Shown here piece by piece: positions 1 to 12,042 of a stretch of 64,000 nt of DNA (within the stretch, counting starts at the first letter, position 1; every line of letters begins with the position of its first letter). Below the pieces are notes generated by a model. That model was not told where the DNA came from and made no database searches. It was given only the letters and a program-made list of their open reading frames with translations. A program made the translations under genes and the position numbers. Source of the stretch: Antedon mediterranea (lineage: Eukaryota > Animalia > Echinodermata); contig NC_092676.1 in the NCBI RefSeq assembly GCF_964355755.1, positions 3,077,888-3,141,887 on the forward strand, in the 5' to 3' direction.

Positions 1-277
1 CCAGAATGTAAAATATTACTAATAATGTAAATAAATTGAATACATTTTGTGAGATTGTATTAAAAAATGCTAGATCTAGACTGTCGTGATAAATGTTCAA
101 CTGTTTTTGCAATAACCTTTGTTTTTTTAACTCATCTCAGTTTGCCACATATTTTTACAAAACTTGCTATATCATTCGAATTTGACTTGAATCCACCCCC
201 TAAGCTCCTCAATATAGTGTTGCATTTATTCCCATACTCATTTAAATGGTTAAAACGGCATAAAGTGCAACCTACTG

Positions 278-368
278 CAGGGCCGTAGCCACCAGTACGG
301 TTGGTATGGTTTCAACCTGACCATTTTTTCACAGAGGCCTTTGACAACAAAGTGGCCTGCACAGAGAT
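278..368 (+). mobile_element. Non-autonomous DNA-transposon end (CAGGGCCGTAGCCA...), second copy at ~4628-4715
   Basis: About 90 nt near-identical to 4628-4715. A related CAGG(G/C)CCGTAGCCA start occurs at 29102. No partner end found. Confidence 0.5.
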
Positions 369-1099
369 TGTTTCCCCTTTCACGCGAATACCGCACTGTA
401 TTTATTAATCAGTTGAAAAAAAAAAAGCTGCAACAAACCAACACGATAAAGCAATATATTGAAGGTTTAGAGGTAATTTATATACTAATATTTTTTCATG
501 AACTTGGGGGGTAACACAGAGAAAGAAAGATGGAAAATATTAATGCAATAGACAAAATATTTTAATACCATGATTAAATTGATTAATAAACCAAATTATT
601 GCTATTAATAGTAGTTGATTAATACTTGTTATGATATACAATTTCTTTATTTCAATCTTTATTTCAAATTTCAGTGACTATACAGTATGGCAGGTTTGTG
701 GTACTTGGTTTCGTAGCATATCCTAACAGAACAGTGGAATGTATATTTAATTGGACTTCACAGATGACATGTCTCCTGTAAGTTAACTAGCATTTAATTA
801 TATCATCAAATCAAAATAACTATAATGATGTCATTTATATATATTATTAACCTTTTACTCCAGCACTATTGCATCGTTGGTTCCCACTTGTGATTATGCA
901 ATACAGCACTTTGCGTCGATACGTTACGTTGTGTTCTAGTGGGAACCACGCTTTACTAATGTTCTTCCAGTAATTTGAAAATATAGTTTATAAGCTTTTC
1001 AACATTGAATACCGTTTTAAATTAATTGGTGGTGGCAGATACAGTTGGATACAATGATATCATCTTTTAAATAGGATCCACTTCTTGTGTATATATATA

Positions 1100-1320
1100 C
1101 TGGCACTTGCCAGTTTTTATACTATGACTTTATCCAAATTCCTTCACTTGCACTGATGAAGGGCTAGTGTTGCCCGAAAGCTCTGCTAACTTTTCTGGCT
1201 GTTTTACTTTATCGTTTTGCTTTTGATTTAGCTTTTCGCTTTTTTTTGTATCTCCATTGAGATCCAGCCACTGATACCCACAGCATTGTCATTTTTTCAG
1301 TATTTTGCCTTTGGATTTAT
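1100..1320 (+). mobile_element. Penelope-like element (pLTR-like) fragment between (AT)n runs, containing a hammerhead motif
   Basis: Flanked by (AT)n on both sides. Contains CTGATGA-stem-GAAA. Parts recur at 33383-33470 (+) and at 39270-39350, 39590-39607 and 40141-40166 (-). Confidence 0.55.
1148..1189 (+). ncRNA. Minimal type I hammerhead ribozyme motif
   Basis: TTGCA-CTGATGA-A-GGGC(TAGTGTT)GCCC-GAAA-GC-TC-TGC. Core CUGANGA/GAAA, 4-bp stem II, palindromic AGCT in place of stem III, and GCA/TGC stem I, as in PLE-associated minimal hammerheads. Confidence 0.65.
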
Positions 1321-1359
1321 ATATATATATATAGTTATACTAGTTAAAGTACAGTTATT

Positions 1360-1641
1360 ACATAACCCCTCATAAAATAAATCATGCAGCATTCATAGTA
1401 TATTAATTTGATGAACAAAAATGAGTACTGTAATACTTAATACTGTGAGGGAGCTTTCCTTTATTAGATAATTATATAAAATCAAGTTTATTCTAGTTAA
1501 ATCAAGTACAGCAATCTACATAACCCTTCATAATATAAAATCATGTAGCATACATAGTATATTTTTATGAAAAAAATTAGTACTGTAATACTTAATACTG
1601 TGAAGGAGCTTTCCTTTATTAGATAATTATATAAATCAAGT
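1360..1641. repeat. Two-unit tandem duplication (~158-bp period) 3' of the GST stop codon
   Basis: ACATAACCC(C/T)TCATAA...GGAGCTTTCCTTTATTAGATAATTATATAAA occurs at ~1360-1487 and ~1518-1641. Each unit carries a minus-strand AATAAA (1460-1465, 1615-1620). Confidence 0.75.
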
Positions 1642-1766
1642 AGATAGATAGATACTAGTAGTGTGTACTCTACTTTTAAAATGTGCATGTACGCAATTTA
1701 GTCAGCCAGCTTAAGCATGGCTATTGTAACCAAAAGCTGAAATCACCATTTAATCCTATGACATGA

Positions 1767-4700
1767 CTATGTGTAGAGAATTTTGCGTACTCCAGCAACG
1801 TAAACGTCATCTGGCTGCGGAAAACGTTTGTTACTGCTTAAATATGCCGATAGGTTTGCGTTGTTCTTCATTTTATCAAAAAATATCTGTGAAACAATAA
1901 GAATGTATTTAAAAAAATGCATTATACATACATCATGCAGAAATTGTTTTTTTTTTCGTATAAAAAATGTTTAAAAAGTACTATTAAACAATAGTTTACT
2001 AGTGCAAACTATTGCGCGCTATGTGACCCACAATCGTCCAATCAAATGACAGGAATTTATTTAGGTGTTATAAAAAACTGACTAATATATACTGTACCTG
2101 CAGTTTAGGATATGCAGGAATCAGGCTTGGAAAATACTCGTCCATTGAAAGAAGGTTTTCAAAAACAACAACATCGGCTGCAGTTAAGCTATCACCAACG
2201 AAGTAACCTGAATTGTTGTCTGCTAATACCTGAAAAAAATATAATCTAATGTGATATGTTTGTGGAATTTCATTTACAAAGGTACAATGGGACCCAATAA
2301 AGGACAAATGCCCCCTGAATAGAAATTGGCAGTATAGTGTTAAAATTTATTCTCCCTTAATCATTTTTATTAATGTACTGACATGCTTTAGTCATATAAA
2401 AAATACCCCACTAAATATTTAATCGTTAGCAATGTATGGTAGTAGATATTAGGGTTTTTTTCACTAATGTTAGTATTTTTTAGTAAATCTATATATAAAT
2501 TTACGTAAGGGCAAAATTCGGTAAATCGCGCCTTACTTCTAGAATTTTCACTCGATGGTATATAAAGTTGGTTCGTACTTTCGGTACTGATTTTAACCAC
2601 CTGATGTAACCCTGTTTACTAATTAAATTATGTTAGATAATTAGTTATTGACGATTAAAACGAATTTAGGTTCAACGATTTGCCCCAAATAGGGGTGTTT
2701 TCCGATCCTGGTATACACTGTCTAATGGATGTCCATCTTGAAAAATACCCGCCACAAAAATACGAAGAGGCTTCGCATTTTCCTATCTCCTCCTACGATA
2801 ATTGTTTTTAATAGCTGAAAACCGGTTGAACAGCTAGAGTACAGCATCATAATGTTGAAGACAGGCTGATTTTCTTAAAAAATACTATTTTGATAGATTT
2901 AATATACGATTATACAAATGTATTGATTTGCAATGAATGGAACATCCCAATCTCTCAGTCTGCCAGAGTTTGGTTTAACACAAGTAGGTAAATTTATGAG
3001 CCCTTGGTTTAACACATACAGTAGGTAAATATATGGGCCCTTTGAGAATAAACTTGCAATACTGTACTTTGACAATACTGTAAATACCTATTAACTATTT
3101 TTGGTCCTCATTTGAATCGGGCATTTCTTACTGTGAATGTTCGTACTGTTAGATGTAATATAAAAATATATACAAATAAACTTTATTACTGAGATTGTGG
3201 ATAGGCTCTACTGTTAGATATACAAATAAACTTTATACTGACAGTTCCTTCTCAACGTTTGTATTAATTAATAATTACCAGTAATATAAACGTCGTAGTG
3301 GTGTATCGTGACATGTACTTTAATATTTCAATCGATTATGACAGTGACAGTTTTAACAAAGTATTAAATCGCAAATGTTTTACTGTATTTAGAGGTATAT
3401 ATTATTTATAGGCCTATAAAACATGAAAAAAATATTTCGTTACTGAGTGGATAAAGAATATATTTAAAAATTGTTTCTCTTTGTACCTATCCGCTTTCCC
3501 ATCCCTCAACCCTATTACATACAAAACACAAATTCAAAAATTTGGACTCATTTTGTGGTAAGTTTCTCCTTCGGAAGTAATTCCCAGGGTGCTAATTTTA
3601 GTTGACTACATAAATCATCGTGTCTATTTATTCGTTTCTGTAAACGAAAATGTATTATAGTCCTGCGGTACGTACATTTGAAATCGCCAGTTTTGTTACG
3701 CTGAAATTACTGTGTATTCGAGAACCATCTGTGGGCACGACCTAGATGGTCCATCTAGTTAAAGATAAGTTTACTTCTTTTTTTTTTTAAGTATTAGTTA
3801 CCGAGTAATGAATGATAATTTTTTGCAGGCCAGCATCACATTAATTAAAGTAGTGAATTCATAAATTATTCATATTTATTTTGTAAAACTTGATACCTTC
3901 TCAAAAGCTGGTAAATATCTATCCTCGGCTTTCTTCTTGTTTTCATTTAGCACACCCTCTTGAGATTCTTTAGGATAGAATGGAATAGAGCCATACACAC
4001 CAAAATCCTTAGCCCCTTCTAGGACCATATTTACCCTGTAAATTGAATATAGATCTACGGTTCACTTACTAAATAACATGATAAATGGTTAAATTCAACC
4101 AAAAATCCATTGGCTGGCAGCCAATTTGACCATTTTTTGCTTTAAATTGCAGTTTTTCCGGTAAATAAATATTGTTTCGAACTATTTTTTTGTCAAATTT
4201 TTGGATAACTATATGTGAAATTAAAATTGCATATTAAAAAAAAAAACGTAAAATTTAATTTTCCGGGGGGCAATACATCTTTAAATGTTCCTAAAACTAT
4301 TTGTTAGCCATGCTTCCTTCCACCTACGTTGCCTTCTCTGCAGCTGTTTTTCCTGCCAAGTTGTACTTATTAGCTAAATAATGAATGATAGCCCTGGACT
4401 GTACTAAATTCAATCCGTCGATCTGCAACAATGGAATCTGATCAAACATGAGTACTCCATCTAGAAGAAAGCACACCAAATGTCAGACATGCAAATATGT
4501 GTTCACTGCCATCACCAGCAATAAGTAACATAACAAACTTAACTTAATAATGATGAAAGTTATATTATATTCAATTGTTCTATTCAACGGCCAGCTCAAT
4601 TTTGACATTTTTGTGCTATGCGCTATAACAGGGCCGTAGCCACCAGTACAGTTGGTAAGGTTTCAACCTGACCAATTTTCACAGAGGCCTTTAACAACAA

Positions 4701-5749
4701 GGGCCTGCACAGAGACTTTTTTTTTTTTTTTTTTTTTTTAAAATAAAATGCGACAACAAAAAACATGTATAATTACTTTCTCAACTTCAAACACAGGTGT
4801 TAGGTCCTTCTCCCAAAACATTCATATATAAGTCACGTTTTCTATCTATCTATCTATCTATCTATGAGTGAGTGAGTGGCCGAGCAGTTAAGACAGTGGA
4901 ACCGTAATTACGTAGCCATAACATCGGCAGGGGTTCGAGGCTCACTCACTCCATGGTTCTGGTGTTAGAACGAGTCTTCTCGGATAAGGACTATAAACCG
5001 TAGGTCCAGTGTACACAACTTGCTCGTGTGCACTTTAAAGAACCTAGTACATCTTTCGAGACGAGTAGGGGGTTACCCCGGTGTATTAGTTCATCACAGC
5101 CACTGATCACCAACTGGGCCCTCTGGGAGATCAGTCTTTGACTGAAGAGGTCACCCAGTATAAAGATAAAACAAACAAACAAAGCATTACAAATCTCTCA
5201 ATGAATGAATATGTAACAACTTACCTTTTCTTAATTGTTCAATTTCTGATTTGTCTGCGAGGTGTCTTTCTTCCCACTGTAACATAAATTAGAATTCACC
5301 TCTCAAAAAATGTCAGAAACCGCATTGTTTCAAGTGTGTATTTGTTTAATTAGTAATTCAATTTATTTGAGAGCTTGAGAGCATCAACATAAACTGGTTG
5401 GATAATAATACTGTAATGTCCTGGATTTATGTAGCGCCTAATATTGTGAAACCTCCAAGCGCTGAACATTATTACACCAGTCATTTTGTTTATATCAAAC
5501 GCGTACTCCCATATGCAGCTAGTAATCAGCCTAAATTGTGTCTTGATCAACTGGATTCCCATTTATACCCTGGCTTGGGTCCATATATTATTTTGTCACT
5601 TATTTTGAACATTAAGATGTTTAGTAGAATTAGGACTTTAACTTTGCAATTAAAATATTTACCTCAACACCAGCGGCTGCCATAATCATTCTGCCACTTT
5701 CTGCCAAGCCACGCCCATTTACATATGTTAGTTTAATTTGACTAGTCAT
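1767..5749 (-). CDS. Cytosolic glutathione S-transferase, alpha-class-like, 6 coding exons, 220 aa
   Basis: GT-AG exons read by hand: 5749-5663 (87 nt, MTSQIKLTYVNGRGLAESGRMIMAAAGVE), 5276-5225 (52), 4460-4328 (133, GVLMFDQIPLLQIDGLNLVQSRAIIHYLANKYNL), 4035-3897 (139), 2229-2098 (132, YFVGDSLTAADVVVFE), 1886-1767 (120, ends TAG). Total 663 nt in frame. Motifs: N-terminal catalytic Tyr, QxP/QS glutathione-binding motifs, G-D-S-L-T-x-A-D N-capping box. Confidence 0.93.
2488..3758 (+). mobile_element. Non-autonomous Helitron in a GST intron
   Basis: Begins TC(TATATATAAAT), ends CTAG, and sits between host A and T with no TSD. The same family occurs at 33598-39205, where the 3' hairpin TACGCGAGCGAAGCGAGCGTA is visible, and as a diverged copy at ~41350-41810. 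Confidence 0.8.
4079..4284. mobile_element. Partial TTAA-flanked (Kolobok-like) MITE
   Basis: Matches the right part of the 46132-46450 element and ends ...GGGGCAATACATCTTTAA. Confidence 0.55.
4866..5183 (+). mobile_element. tRNA-derived SINE with Deu/Nin-type central domain
   Basis: A-box (TGGCCGAGCAG) and B-box (GGTTCGAGGC). Core TCTTCTCGGATAAGGACTATAAACCGTAGGTCC...GCACTTTAAAGAACC...GAGTAGGGG resembles the Deu/Nin SINE domain. (AAAC)n tail; preceded by (CTAT)n. Confidence 0.75.
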
Positions 5750-6343
5750 AATTAAGCAGCACTTAGCAATCAATTTCTAAAAAGTTTGATATTGAATAAT
5801 GTGTAAGTTAAAGATGTATTTTTCCCCTTAAACATTAATTTAATATAGGCCATTTTATTGTCGCAATTGTTAATGTCGACAATTAAAAAAAAAAAATCGA
5901 CAAAGCAGAAGACAAAATAGGTAACCATAAGGGGTGTCTAGAAATCTGAGTTTTCTAGACACCCCTTAGATGGTAAATGATTATCATAAACCTATTTACT
6001 GTAACTCAAAAGGGTTCTCTTCTTTATTGTTTATTTTGTCCATTTTCAATGCAAACATGATTATTTTATACATTTCGGAAAGACACTGTCTGAGTGTTTT
6101 GCAATTACAAATAATTATATATCAGCTTCGGCAGGTTTCTTATGTAAGTTTATCGAACCTGAACTGAACTTCCACACAACAGTACACCACAGCCTTGGAA
6201 CTAGGCCTATACAGAGCCTATATAACCACTTCGAATAAACAAAATGGTAGCCTAGGTCTAGCTAGTTATGTTGTTATACTGTATTATTGTATGTTAACAG
6301 TATAATGGTACGGCGGTCTCGAGTAAAAATGGCCATCTCTCAC

Positions 6344-6425
6344 CTAATAATGTGGATGTCAAAAGATTTAGGAGCTAGCAGCTAAGCAAGGGCAACACCA
6401 CCGGCTACAAAATATTAACCAATCG
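6344..6425 (-). promoter_or_regulatory. Candidate non-coding first exon / promoter region of the GST gene
   Basis: Consensus donor AG|GTGAGA at 6344/6343 on minus; an acceptor (ctttttag) at ~5777 just upstream of the ATG; a CCAAT motif at 6419-6423. The 5' boundary is a guess. Confidence 0.3.
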
Positions 6426-6501
6426 GAACGCTTATAGATTACATCATGGGTCTACTCCACCATTAGGATAAATTTTAGGGGGCGCTATAGGTACAAATAT
6501 A

Positions 6502-7093
6502 TCAGAGCCATGGAGAGAGAGTTTCGACATTGAATTCAGAATGGATTAGAAGCCGTGTTTGTGTCCAACTAGTCACGTAGCGTATGGAGTTGAGTCTTTT
6601 GTTTTGAAAATGTATAACGTTCAAAAGGCTTTAATTATCGAATTTAATATCAAAACAATCAATTTGTTTAAAGGTTTTTGTTAAAATAATAAAAAAATTA
6701 TAAAGTTACTGCGAACATGATTTTAAACAACAAAAATAGCAATTTCGGAACGGCTCTGGGTTTGCGCTCCATGCACGCCGCTACGCGTGCGCATTTAGTT
6801 TGTACAGCGATTCTCTATAGTAATGCATTGTTTTTACATTTTGTTTGTTTAAAATCATGTTCGCAGTAACGTTATGATTTCGTTATTATCTTAACAAAAA
6901 CCTTTAAACAAATTGATTGTTTTGATATTAAATTCGATATTTAAAGCCTTGTGAATGTTATACATTTTTTAAGCAAATGACTCGACTCCATACACTACAT
7001 AGGCATAGCTGGACACAAACATGGCCGGCGTGCACACCACGTGACTTTCTAAAATCCGTTAACGCAATGCCGTAACTCTCTCTATGGCTCTGA
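6502..7093. mobile_element. Fold-back MITE (~590 bp)
   Basis: Terminal inverted repeats TCAGAGCCATGGAGAGAGAGTT / AACTCTCTCTATGGCTCTGA, plus long imperfect internal inverted arms (~6555-6735 vs ~6840-7020). Confidence 0.7.
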
Positions 7094-7149
7094 AATAATA
7101 TGTTCAGAGCCATTATATTTCAATGAAACAAGTGTTACCAAAATGACGA

Positions 7150-8170
7150 ACATTTCAGTGTATAGAATTAAAACTTTCAACTCATAAGCATTCATTATTT
7201 GTATAATATACAACAGTATTATTTTCAAGCTCAGGTTTGAAATAAAAAAGGAAAAACAAACAACAATATTTTTGATCAACGTAACAGGAAACTCACCCAA
7301 AGTGGCCTTATATGGAGATTTAGGATGGATACCCTTAACCGTATCTCATAACATATTACAACTGGAATTCTTTGAACGTTTAGTCGGGTTAAATGAGAAA
7401 CGATTGCCCAACCTATTATACAAGACTATATGTTATTAAAAATCTATGGAAAATTGGTTTAATTTACTGAAACAAAATATTTTAGATAATGTAAATAATC
7501 AATTGTCAGAGGACCTCGCATCTAAATCGTCCCTATCTTTTTATGCAAAGTTAAAATCAAAGCCGGATCGTAAAAAGTTTTTAATTGATAAAACAAATTT
7601 TAATGGTGCCCGTCTTCTTAAATTTCAAGCCCGTTCCAATACTCTCCCTTTACATTTTATGGACCGTGGATAATGATGGTCTCTGTTCATTATGTAACTC
7701 TGGAAATATAGAGGACATATCTCACTTTTTATTTAGTTGTGATGCATTACAATGTGTAAGAGAAGAACAGCTAAATAAACTTAAACTAGACTTAATTTTT
7801 CATAACGAGTTAGATGTTTGGGAAACATTCTGCACCAGTAAGAATTACGAAAAAATGTTATATGTTCTGGGGACGGATACACTTTCCCTCAGTAATAATG
7901 TTCTATTGAGTCTTGACAAATTTTGTAAAGTATACCTAACAAGATCATGGAAAATACGAAACAATCTTTACAACTCGCAGACAGCATGTAATGTTTTTGT
8001 TTTGTTGCGGTATAGAGATCTTTTTATTTTGAATTGACTAGTTTTATTTTATATCTGTTTGTATTTATTAATTTGTATCTGTTGAATGTCTATCTGTATA
8101 TAGAATGCACCGTATATGAACGGGTGCCACCGTTGTAAAGGTGTAGTTTCAATAAATTATTATTATTATC
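7150..8170 (+). mobile_element. Degenerate 3' fragment of a non-LTR retrotransposon (RTEX-like)
   Basis: Broken frames encode PKVALYGDLGWIPL and a C-terminal zinc knuckle CSLCNSGNIEDISHFLFSC. 3' end AATAAA(TTA)n; a similar 3' UTR end occurs at ~52490-52560. Clade assignment is tentative. Confidence 0.6.
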
Positions 8171-9777
8171 ACCTCGTCTGGTGGCGCAGCCAAAATCTAA
8201 GCGCCGAATTATAATCCTTTGATTTAATGAAAGCTTTTGAACGCCGCTGTGTGTGCAACTCTGAAATAAACTCCTATTCAACTCATGATGCTGTATATTG
8301 CTACATATTCTATAACAAATGCCGTGTGTTTCCGCAGCCAAAACAAAAATTATCAGTTATTTAATTAAGTTCAGTTAAGTAATTAAACATAAAGTGCGCA
8401 TGATCAGTCATTACCGAACAAGTGGCCAATCACAACGCAACAATTTGTCCTTCAGGTCAAAAGTCAAATTCAATTGAAATCGGATAATTATCCGACAAAT
8501 GCGATAAATTTACTCGAGTTGGATCGGTTAAACCCCGTTTACATAGACAGTTTATCGGATCGGTTATTTTGGGCTGCGAAAAAACACGGCCTTCTTTATA
8601 AACAAGTTTCTCGTTTGATAAAATCTACTGGCGGAAATTGTCAACCGTATAAAAACTCGCATATCCGAAACTTCACAATATACAGTACGTTTTTAATGAT
8701 AGGCGTACATAATACATTGTGTAGCAATTTTGTTTATTAACAAGCCTATCATTATTTACCAACTCAAGAAAATTAATTGATAACCCATAATTATCTATAA
8801 TTTTTATAGTTTAACAACCTACATGAAACATAACTAACTATCTCCGCCAACCAATTTTACATCCACTACTCCATTTGCATTAGCATTTAAAACTAATAAA
8901 ATACAGGATACGACAGGGCTGAGATCAACCAGTAGGCCCTACTTGGGAATTTAAATTGCAAACTCCCATTCCAACTGTTTCGATCAATAATGGTCCGGGA
9001 AGTGTTCCGATATTTCAAGCCATCTCCCGCTCTACCGCCAATATGCAATTTCTCCCGATATTCTGGATAAACTAAACAAATATCCCGATATGTAGGCAAT
9101 AGAAAACAAACTGCTGCTAATAATAATGTAGTGTTTTCTCTTTTGCAGCAGAGGCACACTTCTTTACAGATGTGCAAACAAATAAAAGTATACCACAAGT
9201 GGTTTTAAACATACATATCGGTCCGTAAGATAATATTTATAATCAATTCATGCTTTGTTTAATAATAAGTATATATTTAATATGTATAAGTTAAATAATG
9301 AGTTGGCACCATATTTTCCGCATCTGGCCTGACATACTCATGTTTACTAATCATAGATGCCGATGTTCATGCCTTCGGCCACTCACCTCCGCTTAAATAA
9401 TTATTTTTTAGTGATACATTTGATGTCGATTTAGGGATTGTGTTAGACTTGCCCCAAGTCTTATTGTCTTTTTTATTTCGATTTTACAAGCTCAAGTAGT
9501 ATACGTATGAAACTCCATATGTGCCAAAATATTTATATTTTTAACTAATAGTAAGTAAAAACTCAGACTAGTATTGTGTGGACGGTAATGAAAAGAATCG
9601 AGGCTAAAGTGAGAAAATTACTAGAAATTGCAGAAATAGACCTGCTCCGCGTAAGATTTTGTATATCTAGACTGGGTGTTTAAGCCACCCATTTTACTTT
9701 GCTATAGATATTATTAAATAGAAAAAATAGAAAGTTCATGAAAATATTGAAATTTACATTAGGCAAAAACAAATGTT

Positions 9778-10903
9778 TTATTTGTCCGTACTGTTTCTGT
9801 GTGTCATATCTTGAAGAGGTATAACCTCAGGATGTGCTCGAACGGGTGGTTTTGTATTTTTGCTTGAACAACAATACCAAAAGACGATAGTGTATAGATA
9901 CGGATTGATTGATGAGTTAATTGGCATGATAAACGTCGCTGACCAGATATATATTTCTGGAGAAAGCCGCCACCATCCAATTTCAGAACCAATTGCCATC
10001 AATATAATAGGAAACCAGCAACAGAAATCAGTAAAAACTATAAAACCTATTTTAATTGCAATTTTTATATCTTCTTCTCTTCCTCGTCTTCTGTTAGCAG
10101 CCGATGCAGTGCGCTTGATAGACATGAAAATGAGTACATAACTCACAGCAATAACGATAAATCCAAAACTGTTAAATGCAATAAAAATAGCAATTGCATA
10201 CTCCCAGCCTGGCCATCGACTTCTTGTCATAGGCAGTGCCAGACACACACTCTGTTGCCCATAGTAGTTTTTGCCAAAATACGATATGTTGATGAAGCTT
10301 GTAAATTTGTTAACTACTGGAAGAAAACTGATCACAACCCAAACCAACCATGCAATTACGACAATAGCTCTACATTGTTTACGGCTGAGTCCTCTATCTT
10401 TGAATGGATAAAAAATGTTTAATGCGCGGTTAATGCTCATAAGCATCAACAAAAACACAGAACACTCGCTAGAGAGAGTAGAAATTGCACCGGCAAAGCT
10501 GCAGAGAAAGCTGTTCTTCCAATCTCTTGCAACCTGTGCGTACCGCCCTCTGTAGTGGATATCTGCACTCGCAATGATGATGAGGTAGACTGCCATTAGC
10601 ATGTCAGACACGGCAAGATTAATAATGAGTATGGTTTGAACACTGTTGTCGCGTTTATAAATTCGAGATAGGATAACGAATAAATTGCCAATGAGAGATG
10701 ATACTCCAATTAAGAACATTAATACTCGGAGAATCTCCTTTTTTAGTAAGTCATCACAGGAAGAAAAATCATCAAGAGCATCACAGTAACACGATGGAAA
10801 CTTCGTAATGGATGCGCAGTAGCACCACGCGTACTTATCAATTGGTGAGTGGCATTGTTCAATACTGGACACCATGCAACAAAGACGAGAAACGTCTGTC
10901 GAT
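9778..10903 (-). CDS. Hinge + 7TM terminal exon of LRR-GPCR paralog A (open frame)
   Basis: Acceptor AG at 10905-10904. Motifs FSSCDDLL, NLAVSDMLMAVYL, WKNSFLCSFAG, SVCLALP, FTDFCCWFPI and PINSSINPYLY are typical of GRL101/relaxin-receptor-type LGRs. Confidence 0.9.
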
Positions 10904-10954
10904 CTGTGATAACAAAAAAGAATAATGCTAGTTTTATAATTACGGTGTAGTCTC

Positions 10955-11860
10955 AACAAGGCCAACAGCCATTAAGTCGCGTGCTACAATGCATAATGAT
11001 ACCGGACCGACAGACAGACCGACAGACAGCAGACTGACAGACAGACCGGCCGACATAGTGAACTATAGTCGCGTCCACGCGACTAAAAAGGCATAATTTT
11101 GACGAATTTTGTAACTTTTTCATCAAAAACGTGCGCAATTTATCCAATTCGACGTGCTCGTATGAGGTAATTTTAAGTCGAAATTGTTTAAAAGATGGTA
11201 AAATTATTAGAAAAGGCTGCAAAAACATAAATCACGCGAAAAAAGTATGTATTTAACGCTACGTGCGCACCATGCGCGTACAAATTTGCGCGCGTATGGG
11301 AATTTTTGATATGCTCAAAATGACAAGAAACGCGTAGAAAGTTGATTAAAAATGAATTTTGCGCATTTTATTTTAAATGCGCGTGCGCGCGTAACTTTGT
11401 GGCTTTGTGACTCATGGCAATTTTGTAAACGCTTAAAATTGCCTGAAACGTACTCTTATTTCATCGAAAATAAATTTTGAAAATTTTAAGCGCGCGTACG
11501 CATGCGTTACATGCGCTACGCACGTAATTGTATTGCCATATGATGATTTATGCCCTGAAATTTATGAGTACCAAATTTTATTTAATTGTGATTCATGGTT
11601 GTGAAGATATGATTACAAACGTGATTTCGTTAAATCGTGCGTAGACCGCGTAATTTTTTATTGCGCACCGTGAAAACATAACCACATCGATTCCTGGCCA
11701 TAAGGAATATACTGTGAAAAATTGACTTAGCTAGATTAAACTGATATCAAGATAAGGTCAGAAAGCGATAAAACGCATAGTGATACCGGACCGACCGACC
11801 GACCGACAGACCGACCGACCGACATAGTGAACTATAGAGTCGCTTCCACGCGACTAAAAA
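10955..11860 (-). mobile_element. Helentron-associated (HINE / DINE-1 / pearl-like) non-autonomous element
   Basis: Minus strand starts TTTTTAGTCGCGTGG..GCGACT (hairpin), then a (GTCG/GTCT)n microsatellite, and ends CACGCGACT..TGGCTGTTGGCCTTGTT. Second head copy at ~11054-11088. Sister copy at 24964-25726. Confidence 0.75.
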
Positions 11861-12042
11861 GAACAAATAGGCCAACTTTTTGCTAACTAGAACTTAAAAA
11901 CATAAACATTTGTTGCCATTTATTCTTTTAACAATAAATAAGACGTATAAACTGCAAGTTTCCTTTTACGAGTGTTTTCAGTTTATTTAAATTCTTGTTA
12001 CCTTTTTTTCCCATTTAGAATTTTGACTCTATAGCTCACTAT

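Noticed and set aside
2068-2307. 79-aa ORF as a stand-alone gene
   Set aside because: It is GST coding exon 5 (2229-2098) plus flanking intron.
10904-11228. N-terminal part of ORF 9778-10965 and ORF 10953-11228
   Set aside because: Upstream of the splice acceptor; intron and HINE microsatellite sequence.
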